Shown piece after piece: positions 56,481-64,000 of a stretch of DNA of 64,000 bases. The notes below the pieces were generated by a model, which saw only the letters and a list, made by a program, of their open reading frames with translations, had not been told where the DNA came from and ran no database searches. The stretch lies in contig CAZLCD010000003.1 in NCBI GenBank assembly GCA_964558375.1, forward strand, positions 155-64,154. The letters run 5' to 3'. Positions within the stretch are counted from its first letter, which is position 1. The number at the start of each line of letters is the position of its first letter. The stretch comes from an uncultured Candidatus Saccharibacteria bacterium. Its GTDB lineage: Bacteria > Patescibacteriota > Minisyncoccia > Phycocordibacterales > PALSA-1337. Position numbers and translations under genes: made by a program.

Positions 56481-57044
56481 ATGTCACTATTTAACTTAAA
56501 AAATAATTCGCAAAATAAAGGTCTTAGAGGCTTCACTTTGGTCGAGACCTTAGTGGCGATTGCTATACTCATGATAGCTATAGCCGGACCGCTTACTATT
56601 GCGAGCAAGGGTCTCACTGCTGCGACTTATGCCAAGAATCAAGTGATAGCATCTTTCCTTGCGCAGGATTTGATCGAATATGTCAAAAGCCAGGAGGTCA
56701 ATCTGGGATTCGATAACTTTCTCTCGCAGTTTGATGAGGGAAGTATAGCCTGTACCTTTGAAGCAGATGAGTGTAATATCGACACTACAGATAGTGCCGC
56801 GAATCTCGATAGAGACAATGACGGACAACTCTACTTTTCTCCTGCCGGGGGTTATAGACCATCCGCTAGTGGCGCCACAATATCTCCTTTCCGTAGAATA
56901 TTTTTTATAAGCAATCCAGACGGCTCTACCCTCACAGATCTAAATACCGATCAGATAAAGATCACGGTAAAGATTTTTTGGAGTACAGGAATACTCGACA
57001 ATGAGCTGGTTTTCGAAAGTTATTTATTTGATGTATTGAAATAG
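56481..57044 (+). CDS. pseudopilin/minor pilin
   Basis: MSLFNLKNNSQNKGLRG|FTLVETLVAIAILMIAIAGPL. The track ORF 56259 starts inside the upstream gene, so the internal ATG 56481 is used. Confidence 0.6.
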   Translation: MSLFNLKNNSQNKGLRGFTLVETLVAIAILMIAIAGPLTIASKGLTAATYAKNQVIASFLAQDLIEYVKSQEVNLGFDNFLSQFDEGSIACTFEADECNIDTTDSAANLDRDNDGQLYFSPAGGYRPSASGATISPFRRIFFISNPDGSTLTDLNTDQIKITVKIFWSTGILDNELVFESYLFDVLK

Positions 57045-57047
57045 AGT

Positions 57048-57581
57048 ATGAAAATGATTAAATTTAATTTAAAAACAATGATGAATAAAGGCTATACACT
57101 TCTTTTTGCGGTTCTAGTTTCATCTATTGTCTTGTCTATCGGTATTTCTATTTTGACAATTAGTAAAAAAGAAGTTTTGCTCGCTTCATCCGCTAGAGAC
57201 TCCATGCTCGCCTTCTATTCTGCAGATAGTGGAATGGAATGTGTGAGATATTGGGATGTGAGAGGTACCATTTCTTCAAGTACCGCATCCGCACCTCAAT
57301 CTTGCGCTGATACTGCTGATCTTCAGCTCGATAGTGCTGGCTTTCACGAATATACTTCAAAGGTCTGGACTGCTTCTTCCTCTCTCAAGCTTGGTAATAG
57401 TGGACAATGTGCTGTAGTTACAGTTCAGAAGACCTATGGTGCCGACGCTGCTCTGGGACGACAGACTATAAAGACAACTATAGACTCCAGAGGCTACAAT
57501 ATAGGCTGGGACAATGCTACTTCCAAATGCAATACTCCAAGTCCTCGCAGAGTAGAACGTGGCTTGAGATTGGTCTATTAA
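57048..57581 (+). CDS. minor pilin-like protein (degenerate prepilin N-terminus, no Glu+5)
   Basis: …MMNKG|YTLLFAVLVSSIVLSIGISIL. Hydrophobic N-terminal helix after a Gly, but Glu5 is replaced, as in some PilX/GspK-type minor pilins. Confidence 0.4.
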   Translation: MKMIKFNLKTMMNKGYTLLFAVLVSSIVLSIGISILTISKKEVLLASSARDSMLAFYSADSGMECVRYWDVRGTISSSTASAPQSCADTADLQLDSAGFHEYTSKVWTASSSLKLGNSGQCAVVTVQKTYGADAALGRQTIKTTIDSRGYNIGWDNATSKCNTPSPRRVERGLRLVY

Positions 57582-57585
57582 ATGA

Positions 57586-59619
<2,034 letters not shown>

Positions 59620-59644
59620 TGGGGTTTATGATAAAATCAATTTT

Positions 59645-59938
59645 ATGATCACATCTACCGAAATAGAAAAATTGGCAAACCTTGCGCGTATCAAGCTTGC
59701 TCCAGAGGAAAAAGAAGGTCTGACCAAGGAGATTGGTTCTATTTTGACTTATATTGATGAAATAAAAAAAGCAACGATAGGTTCAGACTATACGCCTTTA
59801 GCTGGGTCTTTGAGAAACGTTTTTAGAGAAGATATTGCTAAACCTATTTTACCAGAAGATAAAGATAGAATTTTAAACGAAGCTCCGGATCGCGAAGGAG
59901 ATTTTATTGCTGTTAAGAAAATAATCGCTCAAGATTAA
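59645..59938 (+). CDS. gatC: Asp-tRNA(Asn)/Glu-tRNA(Gln) amidotransferase subunit C
   Basis: 97 aa. ITSTEIEKLANLARIKLAPEEKEGLTKEIGSILTYIDEI is a typical GatC sequence. Immediately upstream of gatA. Confidence 0.8.
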   Translation: MITSTEIEKLANLARIKLAPEEKEGLTKEIGSILTYIDEIKKATIGSDYTPLAGSLRNVFREDIAKPILPEDKDRILNEAPDREGDFIAVKKIIAQD

Positions 59939-59956
59939 AAAATTAAAATTATACCC

Positions 59957-61384
59957 ATGATCGACTTGTCTACATTAACAATTAAAAAAGCTCACGAAGC
60001 TTTGAAAAAAGGTGAATATTCTTGTGTAGAACTGACACAAAGATATCTTGAAGAAATAGAAAAGCAAAATAAAGAAATAAACGCCTATCTCGAAGTTTTT
60101 CCCGATGCTATTAGACAAGCCGAAGAAGCCGATAAAAGATTTAAAGATGGCACTGCTACTATCCTTACTGGAATCCCTTTTGCTATCAAAGATAATATTT
60201 TAATAAAGGGTAGAATCGCGAGCTCGGCCTCAAAGATTTTGGAAAATTATCACGCAAGTTATGATGCAACTGTTATAGAAAAACTGAGGGTGGCAGGTGT
60301 CGTTTTTTTGGGTAGAACCAATATGGATGAATTTGCAATGGGAGGGTCTACAGAAAACTCTGCTTTTGGAGTTACAAAAAATCCTCATGACACATCAAGG
60401 GTGGCGGGTGGATCTTCAGGTGGATCATCTGCGGCTATGGCTATGAATGGAGCATTGGCAAGTCTAGGATCTGATACTGGAGGGTCTGTACGTCAACCTG
60501 CTAGTTTCTGTGGTCTTGTGGGTCTAAAGCCAACATACGGCGCAGTCTCTCGTTATGGTGTGATGTCTATGGGATCTTCTTTGGATCAGATAGGTCCTTT
60601 CGGTAAAACTGTAACTGATACAGAAATTATCTTCGATGCTATCTCCGGGCAAGACATAAAAGATAGCACGACTACTCCAAAAGAAACCTTTCAATTGAAA
60701 AATTATGACAAAAAACCTGTGATCGGTGTACCTAGGGATTTTTTTAAAGGAGATGGGATAGATAAAGATGTGATTTTAAATTTTAATGAATCTGTAGAAA
60801 AATTAAAAACACTTGGATACGAAATCAAAGATATTTCTTTGCCAAATATTTCATATTCCTTACCTGCCTATTATGTGATTATGCCAGCTGAAGTTTCTTC
60901 AAACCTAGCACGCTTCGATGGTATGCGTTTTGGTCTTCATAAGGATGGCAAAGATGGCATAGACGATTATTTTGAAACTCGAGGAATAGGTTTCGGCAAA
61001 GAGGTTAGAAGAAGAATTTTACTAGGAACTTATGTGCTTTCGTCAGGGTATTATGATGCATATTACAATCGTGCAAATACTGTTAGAAATATTATCACCG
61101 ATGACTTCGTGAAAGCTTTTGAAAATGTTGATATAATACTAACACCTACAACTCCTGCGCCAGCATTCAAGATAGGTGAGAAAACTTCCGATCCTGTAGC
61201 AATGTATCTTGAGGATATATTTACTGTAACTGCCAACCTTACTGGTATGCCAGCCATTTCTATTCCTTCTGGTTTCAGTGAAGTTTCAGAAAAAAAGCTT
61301 CCACTAGGGATACAGATGACTGGCCGCCACGGAGAAGAGAAAACTTTATTTGATGTAGGTAAAGAATTTTTGGGAGAAAAGTAG
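59957..61384 (+). CDS. gatA: Asp-tRNA(Asn)/Glu-tRNA(Gln) amidotransferase subunit A (amidase signature family)
   Basis: Amidase signature GGSSGGSSAAMA…GSDTGGSVRQPASFCG with the Ser-cisSer-Lys triad context. 475 aa. Confidence 0.9.
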   Translation: MIDLSTLTIKKAHEALKKGEYSCVELTQRYLEEIEKQNKEINAYLEVFPDAIRQAEEADKRFKDGTATILTGIPFAIKDNILIKGRIASSASKILENYHASYDATVIEKLRVAGVVFLGRTNMDEFAMGGSTENSAFGVTKNPHDTSRVAGGSSGGSSAAMAMNGALASLGSDTGGSVRQPASFCGLVGLKPTYGAVSRYGVMSMGSSLDQIGPFGKTVTDTEIIFDAISGQDIKDSTTTPKETFQLKNYDKKPVIGVPRDFFKGDGIDKDVILNFNESVEKLKTLGYEIKDISLPNISYSLPAYYVIMPAEVSSNLARFDGMRFGLHKDGKDGIDDYFETRGIGFGKEVRRRILLGTYVLSSGYYDAYYNRANTVRNIITDDFVKAFENVDIILTPTTPAPAFKIGEKTSDPVAMYLEDIFTVTANLTGMPAISIPSGFSEVSEKKLPLGIQMTGRHGEEKTLFDVGKEFLGEK

Positions 61385-61407
61385 AGAAATAAAGAGAAAA
61401 ATAAAAA

Positions 61408-62007
61408 ATGCAAGACACACCAATAGAAGTTATAACAACCCCCACTATCGATATCCAATCTTATCTAGAAATAGCGATCAACTTTTTTGTTGGCCATTTC
61501 CCTAGTTTTATAAATTTTCTAAAATCTACTATAGGTATTTTAATCGGCGTTTCTATACCGCTCTCCGTTATCCTATTTATAGGGATTATTATTGCCGTTG
61601 AAGGTCTCAAGTCAATTAGAAAAAAGGAGGAGAAAGCCTTAAGTGCAAAAGTTGATATGGGTTATGAAGAAAAAGCAAAGGGTAATCATGATATGGCTAA
61701 TAAATGGCAAAATGTTTTGACACACGTAGAATCCGTTAATCCCAATGATTGGAGGCAAGCGATAATCGAAGCGGATATTTTACTTGGAGAAGTGCTAACA
61801 CATCTTGGATATAGAGGAGAGGGTATCGGAGAGCAATTAAAAAGGGCAAATAAGGCTGATTTTGTAACCCTAAATGATGCTTGGGAGGCTCATAAAGTTC
61901 GAAATGAAATTGCTCACAGTGGCTCAGATTTTCCTCTTACCCAGATCGAGGCTCGACAAGTCATCCATAAATACCGCAAGGTTTTCGAGGAGTTTTTCTA
62001 TATTTAA
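61408..62007 (+). CDS. hypothetical membrane protein (two N-terminal TM helices plus soluble C-terminal domain)
   Basis: ORF with hydrophobic N-terminal third and a charged C-terminal domain. No motif recognised. Confidence 0.35.
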   Translation: MQDTPIEVITTPTIDIQSYLEIAINFFVGHFPSFINFLKSTIGILIGVSIPLSVILFIGIIIAVEGLKSIRKKEEKALSAKVDMGYEEKAKGNHDMANKWQNVLTHVESVNPNDWRQAIIEADILLGEVLTHLGYRGEGIGEQLKRANKADFVTLNDAWEAHKVRNEIAHSGSDFPLTQIEARQVIHKYRKVFEEFFYI

Positions 62008-62062
62008 TTTGATTTTAAATTGCACATCACATTTGCGCATCTTACTACTTGTGTGTTAATAT

Positions 62063-62134
62063 GGTTATCTATAGCGGGGTAGAGTAACAGTAGCTCGTCA
62101 GGCTCATAACCTGAAGATTGTCGGTGCAATTCCG
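62063..62134 (+). tRNA. tRNA-like element with CAU anticodon, non-canonical (possible divergent tRNA-Met/Ile2 or pseudogene)
   Basis: Folds as a cloverleaf. Acceptor AGCGGGG/CTCCGCA (A1·A72 mismatch, one G-U). D-stem GAGT/GCTC with a 7-nt D-loop lacking GG. Anticodon stem TCAGG/CCTGA with loop CTCATAA (U33, CAU, A37). 5-nt variable loop. T-stem GTCGG/CCGAC with loop TGCAATT (G at position 55). No encoded CCA. Confidence 0.3.
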
Positions 62135-62220
62135 ACCTCCGCAACAATCAAGAGGTGCTATTGACTTATATTGCATGATATGTTATACTATGTGGGTAGT
62201 ACCTTTACATAGTGAACTTT

Positions 62221-62264
62221 GTTACAGCTTTAAGGGCATTTGCCTGTGCTTTTGAAGCTGTAAC
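62221..62264. repeat. perfect 10-bp inverted repeat GTTACAGCTT…AAGCTGTAAC (24-nt loop) just upstream of ORF 62300
   Basis: Read directly from the sequence. Could be an operator or an RNA hairpin in the 5' leader of the downstream ORF. Confidence 0.4.
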
Positions 62265-62299
62265 AAAACGTTTCAGCAAACAAAACAAAGGAAAAAGTT

Positions 62300-62806
62300 A
62301 TGAAATTAAGTTCTGATGCAGTTGCATTCCTCCAGATGACGCAGGTTGCCTTAACAAATATTGCTACTAAATATCTCAGTTGTTTTGACAACACAACAGA
62401 GAAACAGTTAGCGGAGGCAAAAATTGCCGGGATGATTGTCGGAGAGACGGAATTGTTTTTTGAAGAAAGAGGTTTGGTTCAAAGAGAGAAAGTCGGTTGT
62501 ATTGAATTTAGGGGCTTCACCCTTAAAGGACAATTGATGAATGGAAACTCTTTTGAATCATACGGGTTTGTAGGTAGGAAGCATGGGAAAGAAAGATGGT
62601 GCTCACTTGGAGTCAGTATTAAAATCACTGATCACGAGTTAGAGGAATCTTTAGCAAGTGGTGCTTTCATTGTTGGGGGTAATCCTAATGATGATCATCA
62701 TACTTTTCTAAGTTATTGTGATGAAGAAGTTCCTTTTCGTCTTTGTCAGATGGCAAATGAGAAGAGGAGGGATTTTGTCCAATGGCTTCTAGAGTGTGAA
62801 AATTAG
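62300..62806 (+). CDS. hypothetical protein (168 aa), compositionally GC-richer than surrounding genes
   Basis: Clean ORF preceded by GGAAAAAG (Shine-Dalgarno-like). Codon usage visibly richer in G/C than neighbours. Several Cys/His (CSLG…HH…C…C). No family recognised. Confidence 0.35.
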   Translation: MKLSSDAVAFLQMTQVALTNIATKYLSCFDNTTEKQLAEAKIAGMIVGETELFFEERGLVQREKVGCIEFRGFTLKGQLMNGNSFESYGFVGRKHGKERWCSLGVSIKITDHELEESLASGAFIVGGNPNDDHHTFLSYCDEEVPFRLCQMANEKRRDFVQWLLECEN

Positions 62807-62941
62807 TAGGTTAATATGCACCATCGTTAGTTAAGTTAATTGTCGGTGTGAGTGTTTTTGTACTTTGTTTCGGTTACTTGAAATGGAAGTTCACTTTTGT
62901 GAATAGGAAAAAAGAAAGTAACCGCGCAGTCTGCAAAGATC

Positions 62942-63712
62942 GTGCGGTTTAATTTTGTCTATTTATATACTCATGATATAGTGTCATATAACATGAATTC
63001 TAAAAGACACTTATTAAATAAAGTTATACAAGATAGAAAAACTGGAATGTCTCTGGGTGATCTGTCTAAGAAGTATAAGATTTCTAAAAGCACCGTTAGC
63101 TTATGGTGTAATGATATTAAACTTTCAAATAAAGTAAAACTCCTCATAAAAGAAAACTGGCTTATAAAAACTACTTCAGCACGTGCGAAAGGTACAATCA
63201 AAATTAAGCAGAAAAGAATAGATAGTATAGAAAGGGAATATATAGAAGCAAAGAAAATAATTAATACTTTAAGTGACAGAGACCTATTGATCATGGGTGC
63301 TGCTCTGTATTGGGCAGAAGGTAGTAAAAAGGAAACAGGATCAGGATTCAGCTTTATAAATTCAGACCCTCTTATGATTAAGATTATGTATAAATGGTTG
63401 ATAAAGATTATGAATATCAAAAAAGATCAATTAACCATTAACTTAGCCATAAATATAGTTCACAAAGAAAGAGAAAAAGAAATATTGAAATTTTGGTCAA
63501 ATCTGCTAGACTTCAACTTGGGAGCTTTTGGTAATACCACTTTCATAAAGACACCCCATTTGAGGATGTATGATAATCATACAAACTATTTTGGTATGTT
63601 GCGTATCAAAGTTAAATCAAGTTCTTGGTTGAGAAGAAGAATTTTGGGTATGATCAAAGTTTTTACCAAAGAAGCCGACGTAGCTCAGGTGGCTAGAGCA
63701 TCGCACTCATAA
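62942..63712 (+). CDS. LAGLIDADG-type homing-endonuclease-like protein with N-terminal helix-turn-helix region
   Basis: LLIMGAALYWAEGSK resembles the LAGLIDADG/…YWxEGS dodecapeptide variants. N-terminal HTH-like LSKKYKISKSTVSLW. The last ~13 codons of the ORF are read from the 5' half of the downstream tRNA (the stop lies in its anticodon loop), so the real C-terminus is probably shorter. Confidence 0.4.
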   Translation: MRFNFVYLYTHDIVSYNMNSKRHLLNKVIQDRKTGMSLGDLSKKYKISKSTVSLWCNDIKLSNKVKLLIKENWLIKTTSARAKGTIKIKQKRIDSIEREYIEAKKIINTLSDRDLLIMGAALYWAEGSKKETGSGFSFINSDPLMIKIMYKWLIKIMNIKKDQLTINLAINIVHKEREKEILKFWSNLLDFNLGAFGNTTFIKTPHLRMYDNHTNYFGMLRIKVKSSSWLRRRILGMIKVFTKEADVAQVARASHS

Positions 63713-63747
63713 AGCGAAGGTCCCTGGTTCGAGTCCAGGCGTCGGCA
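63674..63747 (+). tRNA. tRNA with CAU anticodon (elongator tRNA-Met or tRNA-Ile2/lysidine type)
   Basis: Acceptor GCCGACG/CGTCGGC. D-arm GCTC-AGGTGGCTA-GAGC. Anticodon loop CTCATAA. 5-nt variable loop AGGTC. T-arm CCTGG-TTCGAGT-CCAGG. Discriminator A. G1-C72 indicates an elongator rather than initiator. No encoded CCA. Confidence 0.8.
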
Positions 63748-63802
63748 CATTTAATCAAAGACGCTTTGAAATTATACAGAATTATGTATAATAGATCCTA
63801 TT

Positions 63803-63876
63803 GCGATCGTAGCTCAACTGGTTAGAGCACCCGCCTGTCACGTGGGAGGTTACGGGTTCGAGCCCCGCCGATCGCG
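63803..63876 (+). tRNA. tRNA-Asp (GUC)
   Basis: Acceptor GCGATCG/CGATCGC. D-arm GCTC-AACTGGTTA-GAGC. Anticodon stem CCCGC/GTGGG with loop CTGTCAC. T-loop TTCGAGC. Discriminator G. No encoded CCA. Confidence 0.8.
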
Positions 63877-64000
63877 CAGAGAATTAGACAAAGGGACTTC
63901 GAGAGAGGTTCTTTTTCTGTATTTGATTAACTTCAATAAATAGACTATTCTTACCTCTGTGCCGTTGTAGCTGTTTTGGTAGTTAAACCTGATGGAGTGT

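Noticed and set aside
62063-63747. A group I intron splitting a single tRNA(CAU) with the LAGLIDADG ORF inside
   Set aside because: Both CAU elements fold as complete, contiguous cloverleaves with their own acceptor stems. The acceptor 5' strand of the first (AGCGGGG) is not complementary to the acceptor 3' strand of the second (CGTCGGC), so they are not exon halves of one tRNA.
63940-64000. Possible start of a further tRNA at the window edge (…GCCGTTGTAGCTGTTTTGGTAG…)
   Set aside because: Only about 45 nt are available before the window ends, and the D-arm pairing is poor. Insufficient evidence.

Overview
This 64-kb window has low GC (about 33%) and is densely coding, mostly on the + strand. 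The gene content suggests a small-genome bacterium of the Patescibacteria/CPR type: seven prepilin-like genes with a prepilin peptidase, and many genes with a -10 box directly in front of the ATG and no Shine-Dalgarno sequence. All gene identities below come from reading motifs by eye, not from searches. From 5' to 3' the window contains: (i) two anchored hypothetical proteins, pyruvate kinase, RadC, and a peptidoglycan-precursor neighbourhood (MurD, an Mpl/MurC-family ligase, MraY, a Bpt/ATE-like transferase, an ATP-grasp ligase, an NlpC/P60-like hydrolase, a HigB/HigA-like toxin-antitoxin pair); (ii) a GC-enriched 380-bp non-coding segment followed by a soluble TraD/VirD4-like ATPase with a proline-rich tail; (iii) a ~32-kb glycan-biosynthesis island (17.6-50.2 kb) with about 11 GT4 and one GT2 glycosyltransferase, two NAD-dependent epimerases, GDP-mannose 4,6-dehydratase, an AsnB-type amidotransferase, a polysaccharide deacetylase, a FemAB-like transferase, five methyltransferases, three APH/choline-kinase-like kinases, a Wzx-like flippase, and a tightly coupled seven-gene sugar-activation operon (SIS isomerase, Rpe, nucleotidyltransferase-kinase fusion, KdsC-like phosphatase, nucleotidyltransferase, two methyltransferases); (iv) immediately after it, a Wzy_C/O-antigen-ligase-like TPR protein followed by a probable major pilin with its own terminator, two more pilins, prepilin peptidase PilD and four pseudopilins; (v) LigA, GatC and GatA; (vi) a region with a non-canonical CAU tRNA-like element, a GC-richer orphan ORF, a LAGLIDADG-like endonuclease ORF, and canonical tRNA(CAU) and tRNA-Asp(GUC) genes with no encoded CCA. 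The main hypothesis is a type IV pilin O-glycosylation system: a PglL/TfpO-like oligosaccharyltransferase beside the major pilin, fed by the glycan island and its unusual nucleotide-sugar operon.
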